Assembly: GCF_009914755.1 (NCBI RefSeq) | Contig: NC_060935.1 | From: the human T2T-CHM13v2.0 reference genome, Homo sapiens | Length of the DNA stretch: 64,000 nucleotides | Direction: 5' to 3' (one strand) | Shown here: piece by piece, positions 16,074-30,135 of the stretch | Numbering within the stretch: position 1 is the first letter of the stretch | Layout: every line of letters starts with the position of its first letter | The notes under the pieces: model-generated | The model's input: only the letters and a program-made list of their open reading frames with translations | The model's database searches: none | Told to the model about the DNA's origin: nothing | Position numbers and translations under genes: made by a program

Positions 16074-17440
16074 CAAGGATACGTTGTGTTATTGTGATTG
16101 GTTTTATTGTGCTTCACAAATATTATTCTTTTCACGAATTGAAGATGTGTGGCAACCCTGCATGGAGCAAGTCTATTGGTGCTATTTTTTCAAATGTGTG
16201 CTCATTTTGTGTCTTTGTGTCACATGTTCGTAATTCTCACAATATTTTAAACTTTTTCATTATTATTGTATCTGATTTTTTTTTTATTCAGTGATTTTTG
16301 GAAGTTACTATTGTGATTGTCTTGGGAGCACCATGAACCATCCATGCCTGTATAAAATGATGAACTTAATAAATCTGTGTGCTCTGACTACTCAACCATT
16401 GGCAATTCTCCCATCTCTCTCTCTTTCTTCAAGCCTTCTGATTTATTCCAACACAACAGTACTGAAATTAGGCCAATTAATAACCCCACAGTGGTTGAAG
16501 TGAAAGGAAGAATCACATGTTTTTTGCTTTAAATTGAAAACTAGAAATGATTAAACTTAGTGAGAAAGGCATGTCAAAAGCTGAGATAAGCTGAAAAGTA
16601 TCTTGCACAAAACATTTAGCCAAGTTGTGAATACAAAGGAAAAGTTCTTGAAGGAAATTAAAGATGCTACTCCAGTGAACACATGAATGATAAGAAAGTA
16701 AAATAGTCCTTTTGCTGATATGGAGAAAGTTGAACTGGTCTGGATAGAAGAACAAACCAGCCACAACAGTTCCTTAAGCCAAAGTGTAATTCAGAGCAAG
16801 GCCCTAAATCTCTTCAATTCTATGAACAATGAGAGAGGCAAGGAAGCTGCCAATGAAATGTTTGAAGCTGGCAGAGGTTGATTGTTTCATGAGATGTAAA
16901 AAAGAAAGCCATCTCCATAACATGAAAGTGCAAACTGAAGCAGCAATTGCTGATTTAGAAGCAGCAGCAAGTTATCCAGAAGATCTAGGTAAGATCACAG
17001 ATGGAAATGGCTACACTAAACACCCAATATTTAATGTAGACAAAACTGTCCTGTATTGGAAGGAGATACTACCTAGGGCTTTCATAGCTAGAGAGGAGAA
17101 GTCAGTGCATGGTTTCAGTGCTTCAAAGGACAGGCTGACTTTCTTATTAAGGACTAATACGGTGTATGACTGAAACCAGTGATCATTTACTCTTCCAAAA
17201 ATCCTAGGGCCCTTAAGAATTAAGCTAAACCTAGTCCTCCTGTGCTCAATAAATTGAACAACAAAACCTGAACGATAGCATGCCTATTTATAGCAATGGC
17301 TCACTGAATATTCTAAGCGCACTTAAGAGAATAGCTGCTTGGAAAAAAAAAGATTTCTTTCAAAATACTACTGCTCATTGACAACGTGCCTGGACACCCA
17401 AGAGCTGTGGTGGAGATGTCCAAGGAGATACACACACACA

Positions 17441-17495
<55 letters not shown>

Positions 17496-18849
17496 TCATT
17501 TATTTATTTATTTATTTGAGACAGAGTCTTGCTCTGTCGCCCAGGCTGGAGCGCTATGGCGCAATCTCGACTCACTGCAACCTCTGCTCCCCGGGTTCAA
17601 GCGATTTTCCTGCCTCAGCTTCCTGAGTATCTGGGATTACAGGCACACACCACCACGCCCAGCTAATTTTTGTATTTGTAGTAGAGACAGGGTTTTACCA
17701 AGTTGGTCAGCTGGTCTCAAACTCCTGACCTTGTGATCCGCCGCCTCAGCCTCCCAAAGTGCTGGGATTACAAGCGTGAGCCACCGTGCCCGTCCAAGGA
17801 TATTAATATTTTCACTCTTGCTGGCACAACATCCACTCTCTAGTCTGTGAATCAAGGAGTTATTTTGACTTTCAAATCTTATTATTTAAGAAATACATTT
17901 CATAAGTCTATAGCTGCCAAAGATAGTGATTTCTGTGATTGATCTGGGCAAAGTAAATTGAAAACCTTCTGTAAAGAATTCACCATTTTAGATGCCATTA
18001 AGAACATTTGTGATTCATGGAAGAAGGTCAAATTATCAACATTAACAAGAGTTCAGAAGAAGTTGATTCCAACCCTCACGGATACTTTGAGAGATTCAAA
18101 ACTTTAGTGGAGGAAGTAACTGCAGATGTGGTGGGAATAGCAAGAGAATTAAAATTAGAGTGGAGCCTGAAGATGTGACTGAATTGTTGCAATCTCAGGA
18201 TAACACTTGAGGAGTGTTATCCTCCTAACAGATGAGGAGTTGCTGCTTATGGATGAGAAAAGAAAGTGTTTTCTTCAGATGGAATGTACTCCTGGTGAAG
18301 ATGTTATGAACATTGTTGAAATAACAACGAAGGATTAACATATTCCATTAACGTAGTTGATAAAGCAGCAGCAGAGTTTGAGAAAATTAAGTCCAATTTT
18401 GAAAGAAGGTTATACTTTGGGGTAAATGCTATCAGATAGTATTGCATGCTGCAGAGAAATCTTTTGTGAAAGGAAGAGTTAATCAATGTGGTAAACTTTA
18501 TCATTGTCTTAGTTTAAGAAATTGACTCAGCCACTCCAACCTTCAGCAACCACCACTCTGATCAGTCAGCAGCCATCAACTTCGAAGCAAGACCATCCAC
18601 CACCAAAAAGATTAGGATTTGAGAAAGTTCAGATGATCATTAGAATTTTTAGAAGTAAAGTATATTTTAATTAAGGTGTGCACGTTGGGTTTTTTAGACA
18701 TAATGCTATTGCACACTAAATAGACTATAGAATAGTGTAAACATAACTTTTATAAGCACTAGAAACCAAAAATTTGGTGTGACTCTATTGTCATATTCAC
18801 TTTATTGCAGTGGTCTGGAACCAAACCTGCAGTATCTCAATTATGCCTG
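16074..18849 (+). mobile_element. Tigger1 (TcMar-Tigger) near-full-length DNA transposon with decayed transposase, interrupted by an Alu
   Basis: Both termini recognisable ('caaggatac...' and '...tatgcctg'). ORF 16829-17173 gives pogo-type transposase residues (SYPEDL..I...GYT...IFNVD.T.LYWK...R.FIAREEKS..GF.ASKDRLT). Confidence 0.95.
17430..17795 (-). mobile_element. AluS (Sg-like) with tail converted to (CA)n(TA)n(TTTA)n
   Basis: Antisense Alu body ~17518-17795. Compound microsatellite 17430-17517. AAGGA(G/T)AT on both flanks. Confidence 0.95.
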
Positions 18850-18870
18850 TGTAATCCTTACACCAGACAC

Positions 18871-19340
18871 TGTTACACTAACAAATTGTTTCACTAATGG
18901 CCTCTTTGTATCTACATGTTTTGTGATTTCTCACACTTTCTCTGGACTTAGTCCTATGACTTTGTTTGGCCAATGGGACATCAGAAAACATAATACAAGC
19001 AGAGTCTTAACAAGTATTTCTATATGGAAGCTTGTTCTCTTGGAACGTGGCCACTATGTAAAGAAGTTTAAGACATGAAGACTGCTAAAGACCCATTGCC
19101 TGGCCTATAGCTCTTTCTAACAATTAAACACGGGAATGAGGCTATCTTAGATCATTTAGTCCAGACAAGCCAACTAATATGTGCAACCACATGAGTGACC
19201 CCTGTCAAGACGAACAGAAGACCTGCCCAGCTGGGCCCATTCCAAATTGCTAACTGGAGAACTATGAGCAAATAAAGTGTTTGTTGTTTTAAGCCACTAA
19301 TTTTGGGGATAATCTTGTTAGCGACTAGATAACCAATACA
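18871..19340 (+). mobile_element. MLT1 (G/H-like) LTR
   Basis: 'tgactttgtttggccaatggg', 'aataaagtgtttgttgttttaagccactaatttt', terminus 'ataaccaataca'. Confidence 0.8.
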
Positions 19341-21347
19341 TAGACTTTAGGAATGTTACTTAACCCCCTTGATCAGTTTTCCTCATCTATAAAACAAGGT
19401 TAATAATATTTACTTTAGTGTTGTAATTCCAGGTAGTGACAGGCATGTAACATACTCTTAAATAAACAGTAACAACCTTTATATTGTTGCCTCTTTTTCT
19501 CTTCTCTCTACCGCCCTCCCTTTTTCCTACTTTTGTTTCCTCTATTGCTCCTTCCTCGCTATTGTCTTCCCAATGACATTCTAAGAAAAACACCATTGGA
19601 ATCAATGCCTAGCCTACCTGATGGCTAAATTGAAGGGGCCCACTTCATTTGGATAAGAAAATTTTAACAATTTGGTATGAAGCTAGCTGCATTACATAAT
19701 AGATACATTTGATTAAAATCTCATTAAATGCAGGGACGAAGGGATACAACTCTCTAGAAGTTCAAATTTGCCTATAGATATTGCACCAGAATCGTCTCCT
19801 AAGTGATGTATTTCTCTGCTAGTCATGTTGTTTCTCAGCAGTGAATTTAAATCTGTGCTTTTGTGTCTAGTCTTGTTTCTATGCCAGAAAAAATTATCAA
19901 TATTTGGCAAAGCCAATAGACTAACCAGACATTCTTTATTCATCCAACTTAATCAAAACTTGTAATCAGTGAATAAGAATCATTTGCCTAAAAAAGAAAA
20001 AAAAAGGAATAAAAATGGGCCTAGGATTGAATGACTCATGCAGGAACTTTATAATTTTGCTCTGTGCTTTATAAAGTAATTTCAAAATCATATGTAATTA
20101 TTTTAAATATTTTATAAGCTATGGTGACTTTTTAATAAGGGTTTCTAATTATCCAATAGAGTTTCTAGAAAGATTTACAGAATATGTAGTATACATATGA
20201 TGAGTCATTTGTCATCCAAAAGCTTGTGAAGAAACCCTTATTCCTAAAAATAGGCCCCCCCTAGATTTGATACTGCCTGTAATTTTTTACTTGAGACATT
20301 TTCTTTTTATATCTCTGACTCCACTTTTGGTAAATCATGATACATAACTATATAAAACATCATATAATCTTAAAAAAGGGGATAAAGATGCCAACTGTAC
20401 CACATCATACACAGTACACTATGCACCAAAAAATTGGACTAGCAAATGAATTTCAGGATGGAGAAGATGAAATCTTCAGTTTTCCTTATCTTTTGCTCCA
20501 GTGTCTCCCACCCTACCCTTGTACCCTCACTTCCTGAAAGTTTATGATTATCTGTTGTACATTGACAACAGGGGAACAACCAATAATTAACATGAGGAGA
20601 AAAGTATTTTTAAAAATGTATTGGAATAAGGCTTTCACAAGAGCATAAGAACTCATTCATACTTGTGAGTCCAAAGAATAAACTCCTAACAATGTATCTT
20701 AACTTTAAATTTCCCTTTTCAGGAGACAAAACCTGATAGGGAGAAACAGAGACATCTCTTAGACTGGCTGTCTTCTGATTACATACCTCACCAACTACAT
20801 GGCAAAATATGGAAACATGAATTAATATAAGAATATAACATAAAATCCATGTAAAAAGATAGATGAATTGCAAACTTGTGCTATTTAACACAAACTTAAA
20901 GAATACCATTCAAAGATGATACTGTGTTTTGTTTTTTGTATACCCTTGTAAGCATATGGAAAAATCCATAGCTTGGATTTGTTCTAGGCTTTGATAAGTT
21001 TTCCAATTATGTTTTCACCAAAAATGTTGTGGTTCAATCTAATTAAGTCAATATTTTAAAATATCTTTTTAAAAACACCTTGGTTTTTGTCCCCCTTGGC
21101 ATAATTCCTTTAAGCAACTTTAAGACATGCTGGGTAACAGACCACATGACCCATATTCATAAGTTAATCCTGAAATACTTGTTCCTGCCCAGAAAATGCT
21201 TTTATGTCACAAGTCAGCCCATAGTCAACACTGTAGAATGATACATAGTAATGGTTAAAAGGCTTTCCAAAATGATCTAGCCCAAATCTCCTAGTTAGTG
21301 TGTGAGAAACTAGTTCCCCAAAACTTAGCACACTTTCCCAAAGTCAT

Positions 21348-21754
21348 TGGTATGGTTTAAATATTTGTCTTCTCCAAAACTCATGTAGCAATTCAATCCC
21401 CAATGTGGCTGTCTTGACAGGTAGAGCCTTTAAAAGGTGATTGGGTCATGAGGGCACTGTGCTCATGAATGAATTAATCTATTCATGGACTGATGGATCA
21501 ATGCGTTTTCATGAGAATGGGGCTGGTGGATCTATAAGAAGAGGAAGAGAGACTTAAGCTAGCACACACAGTCATGGCGTGTGCTGCCTTGGGACTCTGC
21601 AGAGAGCCCTCACCAGCAAGAAGGTTCTCACCAGACGTGGCCCCTTGGCCTTGGACTTCTCAGGCTCTATAACTGTAAAAAATAAATTCCTTCTCTTTAT
21701 AAACTACCCAGTTTCAGATATTCTGTTTTAAACATCAGAAAACAGAATAAGGCA
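21348..21754 (+). mobile_element. MST (C/B2-like) solo LTR inserted in a MIR
   Basis: 'ccaaaactcatg', 'gattgggtcatgaggg', 'ggactctgcagagag...caccagcaagaagg', 'aataaattcctt'. TSD GTCAT/GTCAC. Confidence 0.9.
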
Positions 21755-24700
21755 GTCACACAGCTTTGTAAAGAAAAATAACCACAGAAACCCTCTTGTT
21801 ATAATAATTCATTTAGTCAAGGATAGGCACTTGACTAAAGCTTGGCCAGTTAGGGTAATTTTATATTTCTAGCCACAATGATTGCTTTAGCAATGCTGCA
21901 CTGTAGCAAGTTATAATCACAGTACTTTTCAGAAGCTATACAAACTCTACAAGAGACCCTTTTATTCTGTATGCTGGACTTGAATGGTAGTTGCAGTGCT
22001 ACTGGCAGCCACATTGACACTTCAAGGAACCAGGCAACTGGAAGGAAACTGAAACGACAGATTGTTTGTGCTCCCCAATACTTATATTCTTCCTGATATA
22101 TCCCTGATGATTTCAACTATGTAAGCCAATATATTTCCCATCTTACTGATACATGTGTTTTTTATTGGCTTATAGAAGTTTGAGTTGGGTTTTCTGCCAC
22201 ATGGAAAGTGTCTGGATACATGAACTTGATATAATTTTATTATTAAAATAATGTAGGACTTTCAGGTCTTTTAAACACATTGATGATGATAAAATGTCTT
22301 CGTGTAGAAATCTTTCTTTGTATTTCAGAATTATTTCCCTAAGAGAGATATAAGGGAGATTCTTAATAATGGAGTTCTTAAATGTGAGACAGTCTTACAT
22401 ATAGAATTAATAGACAAAATTTAAAGACTTTTGATACTCATGTTTCAATTACTTTCTGACAATGAGCAAGCTTTATTTCTATCGGAACTATATAGGCTGA
22501 TCTTCCTTATGCAAACTTTACTAGACTTGAATACTACCATTTTGAGAAAAATGCTTCTATGTTGAACCAAAACTGCTATCTTGTTTTCAAAAAAGAAAGT
22601 TATTTTTTAACTATTGCTTTAGTTTTCTTTAAGATGGGTGTTATGAAAATCATAGCAAAATGATTCAGTTCTTAGGAGTTGCAGGTGGGACAAATTATCT
22701 ACCTTTGCAAATGAAGTGTTCCTAACTATAAGGAAGAGTGAATCCATTTGGAATGGTGTAGGGTAGGGTAGAGAGCAAAGAAACCCATCTAAATTGATCA
22801 TTTTTTGGAAATTACATTTTATGTTGAAAGTTATTTAGCACTTGCCTTCTGCTTTGTATAAGAATAACATATATTTGTAATCTGAAAGTAATGGTTCAAA
22901 ATTTTTCTTCTTTTACTTCAAATTACTTACATTCAATAAGTATAAGTAATTCCATTTGAGAACTTTGATGGAAATTAAACTAATAACTAGAAAGCTGTTT
23001 TGAAATATAGAAATAATCCGGACCACTCAAGAATCAGTAGAAACATGTCTTCTGCAAACTTTAAGCACTTCAAAGAGCAAATCAGTTAGAATTCAACATT
23101 CTTTATCATTTAGAGCAAGTTTTATATCCTGATGAGTGAAAATCTATTATATAATTGATAACAAACCTCAATGGGACAGAGGTTGCCAAGTTGTAGGACT
23201 GTCAACATAGTTTTCTATGTGTAAATTTCTATGTGTAATTTTAAGTGGATATCTTGTGTAACCATATAGGGCAGCCTTGCTTCTTGATAAGAGAAAAATA
23301 TCGTAACAATTATATGAGAGATGTTGTAGTCATTTACAATTTTAAGCATACATTAGGTGTAGCACAAACAACCATGGGATAGGTTAAAAATTATTTTCCT
23401 AAATTTACAGGGAAGAGTCTCAAATCTATTTATAACATGCTCAAAATTTCAAAGAGGTATCATATTAGACTAAAGCTCAGAAATCCCCAGGTGGTTGTTT
23501 TTGTTGTTTTAAAGCCTGTTCCCTGCTACATATTATATACTTCATTCTATAGAATTGAGTTATTTAAGAACAAATAAAACATTCCTAATCCTATAATCAT
23601 AATTTTCTAAATGTGAATTTCTTTTTGGTGATGCAGTTTCTGTTGAAATGTTCTTTTTGTGACACTGTCACAGCAGGTAATTATGAACAGAAAACATTGT
23701 CCTTCTATAGGGAACAGAGCCTGTGCATCACCTGATCTAAGCTGGTGTGTTGTGATATTTGAATAAATTAGTAATAATGTGCTTTTTGAAAAACAAGTTC
23801 CATCTTTCCTAAAAGGTAATTTTAAAAATCTCATTTAATAAAAGCTCAGAATGGTTACATTCTCTTTTTTTTTTCAGATACACTGACTTATTATTGAGTA
23901 GGATCATTCTCTGATAATTCTGCACTGAATAATACTCATATTAATATCTTGCTCATCCTCAAACAATAACCATTGTCATGGTAACTACATACCATGGGAA
24001 AACAAATTGTACAAATGAGCTTCTTCCATAATTTTAATTATGCAAATAGAAAATTGAAAGAGTACATTTTAAGGAATCAGTTTCCTATTTATAATTATTG
24101 ACTAACGTAAGTGATTCATGCCATTTTCCATATCACTGTTGATATGTTAAAAATGTTAACATGATTGCATTTATCTGAATTTGTGTTGATGTTCAATACA
24201 GGAAACATTGAAATTTCTCCTTTAATATAGTGCTTTAAAGAACAGTATTAGAGTTTAATTTAGTTATTTTAATCAATTATTCTGTTTTCTGGACTTAATG
24301 CACATAAATTAGGGAGTGACTGTCATGAAACAAATTCTTATTTTTTTTACTGCTCATACAATTGATTTCGTAGTTTGATAGGAAATGTTAGGGCTATTGT
24401 TACAGATTTATTTTTTCATTCTGTTTATTTTTTTTAAAATAACTGGAATATGTGCTGGGTGTTGTTAAGGGTATTCAAATTAAAATCAGATGTCTATCCC
24501 TTCAGAATTTAGACTTTGCTGGAGAGGCAAGATAAAACAACTAAAATACAAGGCTGTATGAACTATTTGCACAACCCTGGTATGAGTAGGACGTGTTGAG
24601 TAAGACATGTACAAGAACATGCTATCAATGTGACAGCTTGCAGATCAGATAACATGTTCAGAGTGGAGACAAGTAGAAAATTTAGGGAAAAAAAAAGATC

Positions 24701-24856
24701 AGTGAAGCCAGTGACAGGGAAGAATTATAAAACTTCACATGAATGGCCTTGACAATTATGGATCATTTCAAATCAATGCATGGTAGGTTATTTTTTTCTT
24801 CTTGTTTTTCTTCAAATGGAGATTTTTCTAGAGTGGTTCAAAAACTCATATAATCA

Positions 24857-25201
<345 letters not shown>

Positions 25202-25299
25202 TCATGATCAGCAATTCAAGTATGTATTAGTGTCATACCTCTTATTGGAAATCTGAGCACCTAAGGGTAATATGGCACAACGCACACACACACATACTC

Positions 25300-26450
25300 A
25301 CAGGAGTCAGGGTGAAAAGAAAGACATAAAGGTGGCATTGTTAAGTGATTTATAGTCTGCCTGATCAGGAAGTGGTATGTTCAGAGCTTTCCTAATAAGG
25401 ATTGCAAAGGCAGCATCGCAGAAGTGAGAGGTAGTAGGAATGGCGAACTTTAGCATGTGCTGAACGTAGCATTCAACTAAAATCAGAGGGTTTGATAAAT
25501 ATTATCTTGAAAAAAAATCATTGAAATTAGCCACTTGGGGTAATTCTGATAATCAAGGAGAAAATGATTAAAAATATTGATGATAGGCAGCTCTTAGTAG
25601 GAAGGTCATGATATATTGAAGATTCATACAGCAAGGCAGAAAATATTGAACATTACTAGAAGATATTATCCTTATGAAAATACATCATAAAAATATAAAG
25701 TATTAAAAAATATGTTCTGGGGAGGGCAGTCTTAAAAAAGTAATTTAGTTCAAGATTATTTAGAGATTTGACAAAATTGATTTGTCATTATAGATATACA
25801 CAGTCTAATGCAAAGGAATGTTTTTAACTGATCAGATTTTAAAAATAAATAATCTAAGGTTGGAAGGAGTTAAATACAATTAAAAATATGGGAAGGGCTT
25901 AAACAATGTCAAGAAAGCAAAGCTAGAAGAATTTGATATTTTCTTAGCATGAAGCAAACAAGAAGATGTTTTGCAATCATGTTTCAACTGAGACAGTGAA
26001 GAAACGTAGGATTGCCTGTGGGAAGATGACATAGTGCTTAAAAATGAGAAAAAAGAAAGTAAAATGAATCAGTTCTTAATCATTGGTAATGATCTTTAAA
26101 CACATAAAAAGAGAATATTTCACTAAGGAGAGAATGAGGCTCAAGTTGTGGGGTATTAGGAAATATCAAGTTCATAAGTTAACTATTTTGGGACCAAGGG
26201 CTTGTAAGAACTAGCAGAAGACATGGAGAAACATTGTCAGTAATCTCTGAAATAATTAAGGAGAAGAGATGTAGTGAAGAAAACAGGGAATTGGAAAATG
26301 TGCAGATGTTGACAGAAGGAGCATGCATTACTAAAATTGCACTTCTGTAAGTTTGATGCTATTCCCTGGTGATGTTCTCATCAGCATTTTAATGTGTGGT
26401 TGGTATACTTTAGGAAAGCAGATAGTGATGGCTATGCATTTACACTGAGG
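25300..26450 (+). mobile_element. L3/CR1 LINE remnant
   Basis: 26205-26380 gives fragments of the CR1 pre-RT motif (ELA..., LSVISE, NV, VSL..FPG). Boundaries approximate. Confidence 0.5.
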
Positions 26451-26519
26451 AAGACTACAGTTGTAAGAAGCTATAGAGAGGCATGGTAACTAAACCTGGG
26501 TAATGCATGCTGGGCAGCT

Positions 26520-27110
26520 TCTTTCCTCCTCAAGCTCAGTATGTCCAAAACTGCAATGTCCTGCCTCTTTTCTTTCTGCATCATATTGATGGCATTGACA
26601 TCTTCCTAATCAATGAGGTTAGAAAACAGGGTGGCATTTGTCATCTTTCTCCTCCATTTTCCACATTTCCCCATCTAAACACTGAAAATCCCCAATTTTA
26701 TATCCTAAACATTTCCCGTATAATTTTCCTCCTTCCTTCTCTGCTCCCCCCAACTTCTCTCATAATCACTGTCATTGAATACTGCTGAAGTTACCAAACA
26801 GATATTACTAGTTTCATTTTTTTTTTGTCTCTCAAAGCCATTATCCTCCTGACTGACAAAGGAATCAGCCTAATATGCAAATCTGTCCTCGTCTTCCTCT
26901 TGGAGGTCACCTTCAAAGGGTCCTTATTGCCTCAATGACAAATTTTAAGTTACTTAATGTGAAAGTAGTGACTTTCATCACTGCCTAATGCTTTGGATTC
27001 AATTTTCACTATCCTCTGCCTCACATTTATATTCCAGAAATATCAAACTGTATATATTTCTCTACACATAGCTTAGAGGATTTTGCTCTGTTCCTTGCAC
27101 TTACAATAAA
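26520..27110 (+). mobile_element. L2 remnant
   Basis: Pyrimidine-rich L2 3' ORF/UTR pattern ('caagctcagtatgtccaaaactg'). Confidence 0.6.
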
Positions 27111-27320
27111 GCAAGTTGGACTATATTAGCATTTGAGCTCTGGAGTTAAAGGGTCTGGTTTCAAATCCTTGCTCTACTACTTATATGACAATATTCACTT
27201 ATTTATGAAACCTCAGGTTCCTCCTCTGTAAATTAAGAATAGTGACATCTTTCTCACCACATTATTTGGAAGTTAAATGAGATCATGCTTGCAAGATGCA
27301 GAGTGCAGTGTCTGGAAAAG
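27110..27320 (+). mobile_element. MIR
   Basis: 'ctctggagtt...ttcaaatccttgctctactactta...cctcaggttcctcctctgtaaa...ttaaatgagat'. Confidence 0.75.
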
Positions 27321-28685
27321 AGAAAATAAAATAGCATCTCTGTCTTCTCTGCTTAGAATTTCTTCTTTTACCTCTGTCTGGAGTATGTCTTCTGATCTCT
27401 GATAATACCTGATGCGTAATTTTATTTTATTTTTCATACCATAACAATTTTTCTCTTTATGCACCTATACCCCCACTGGACTACACACAGGCAAATAAAA
27501 CTATGTCTAGTCATATATTTAGCCTCTGTACATGGTACATTGCCTAGAACTAGGCATTCCGCAGATATTTTTGAATAATTAAATGAATAAATAAACACTG
27601 GAAATGCTGTCCTACAAAAAGGAAGTTGACTTATTCTCTGTTGCACCAGATGACATAATGTTGAAAAGTTGAAAACTATGATTTTTTTCTTTTAAAATGA
27701 AGGATTATGTACCAGCAGCTATGAGAAAAATGTTATTACCTCACTTCTACAAAGAAAAAACTTAGGTTTAAGAAAGGCTAAGCTAGGTTCTTCATGGTCT
27801 TATAGGTAGGAAGTAGAAAGTTTGGCATTTGAGAGCTGATGTGCAATGCCTATGTTTGGATATTTAATGCCTATGCATGAATCTTCTTCTCTATGGCACT
27901 TCCTAGTGTGTAAGGGAGAATTTTTATGGTAATTAAGATTTCCAGCAAATTGTTGGGCTTACTTAGAAAGTCTCCAAGAAAAATTGGAAGACCACTAGAA
28001 ATCAAGTGTCTCTGTTTTAATAACCTCTCAATAATGTACTAAAAAGAATATACAAACTGATAATTTAATGCAACAATTATTCATCCTAAAATAAGTAGAT
28101 GTTAGCCAAGTAGGACAAAAAATGATATATTTGGAGTTTCAAATTGATATAACTTTGTATAGTATGTGATGCCAGCTTTGGCATTAGTGCTTCTAGAGAT
28201 AGTAGACTTGCAGGTAAACTTTATGTTCAAGCACTAGAAATACTTTTTCTCAAAAAATACCAACCTTCATCTGGTAAGTCTTAAGGGAAAAATATCCTTA
28301 AGGTAAAATTAAAGTAAAAATAGGATAAGAAGAACAATTACAAAAACAAAAAGAACAGAATGGCCACACATTTTTTTCTGCTTCCAGCTCAACCCTCTGA
28401 TGCCAATATTATACAAATATAATTTTATCAAGTTATCAATAACATGTCCAGAAAGACAGCATAGAAAGTTGGATTTTAGGAGGAGTAATCCCTGAGATAA
28501 GAAAACACTTATTCTGAAGTCACTTATGAAATAAGTCAGTAGCTTTTATTGAGTCTCATATTTGGGGGTTTATGCACTTCCACATATTCTTTCAATAAAA
28601 GTTGATCTTCAGTAATGAATGGTCTGGTATCACATTACAATTTTTGTCAGAATCATGTTCGGTATTCAAAAACAGGGAGAAATTG

Positions 28686-28848
28686 TAGTGTCTTGCTATT
28701 CAAAGTATGATCTGTGGAGTAGCAGCTATGCATGACCTGATAGCTGTTTGAAATGCAAACTATCAGACTAGATCCCAGAGACACTGAATCAAAATCTGTG
28801 TTTTAACAAGACAGGTTGTTTGTGAACATTAGAAGTTGAGGGGCACTG
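28686..28848. mobile_element. MER5A (hAT-Charlie)
   Basis: 'ctattcaaagt...gaaatgcaaa...actgaatcaaaatctg..ttttaacaaga...gcactg'. Confidence 0.75.
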
Positions 28849-28963
28849 TTCTACAGTACCTGGCTGTTAGAACTCCTACTTTTCTTTCATTCTGTCTAGA
28901 AGTTTCTATTCTATACATGTTTTTCCCACATTTGGTAGATTTCTTCTAGTTTAAAATGAGTTA

Positions 28964-29330
<367 letters not shown>

Positions 29331-29699
29331 AATGTAGTGGGATCTAGGCATGCTGCATGAATAACATAGATCTTTAAGCCTTGTACAGTAGTACACAGAT
29401 TCAAATGCCTATTTTGATATCAGGTCTGGAGCTATATGTACTTGATGCCAATACAAATTGAAAAGAGAAAAAATGCAACGTAAATTTTCCTTGGTATGGT
29501 ATATGATGTCAGGTAAAGTTAAAGATTTCTTTTGTTTTCAGCCTACTTGAGTTGTTAGAATAGGACTCAATGCCATGAGGAATCATGTCACTGTTCTGCC
29601 AAAAAACTATGATACTGCTGAGAAGTATGACTCAGAACTCAGCAGTAAATGGTGCTTCTGACTTTGATCCCTTTGCAGCTTTGAGCGGGCTATGCCATC

Positions 29700-30135
29700 T
29701 GTATCAGTCAAATGCTGGTGTGTAACAAACACATCAAACACAATTTATTAGTTCCTGACTCAATGAGTAAGCAATTTGGACTCATCTCAGTTGAGCAGCT
29801 CTATTTGTCTTGCCTGGGTTCATTCATGTGATTACAGTTGGCTTGTGAATCATACAAGCATTGACTTATCCTGGATAGCCTTATTCATATCTGGCTTTTG
29901 GATGGGTGAATAACATACATGTCTCCAGCAGACTTACTCAAGCATTTTCACACACAACAGTAAGTCCCAATGCACAAGCACTTTTCAAGCTTCTGCTTGC
30001 ATTATGTTTGCTAATATCCCATTAGCCAAAGCAAGTCACAAGGTCAAATGCAGATTTAAGAGGTGAAGATGAATACTCCATCACTAGATAAAATATGCTG
30101 TCAAACGCTATGGCCATTTAAAAAATTTACAACAT
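29700..30135 (-). mobile_element. MLT1 (H/I-like) LTR
   Basis: 'caagcacttttcaagcttctgcttgc...tcccattagccaaagcaagtcaca'. Confidence 0.75.

Noticed and set aside
16829-17173. Domesticated TIGD1-like transposase gene
   Set aside because: The frame is broken by stops, frameshifts and an Alu, as expected for an ordinary decayed Tigger1.
29500-29710. Donor-like (CAGGTAAAG) and acceptor-like (ttttgtttttcag) sites suggesting exons
   Set aside because: The sites are only ~30 nt apart, too short for an intron, and there is no coding frame. Such motifs are common by chance.
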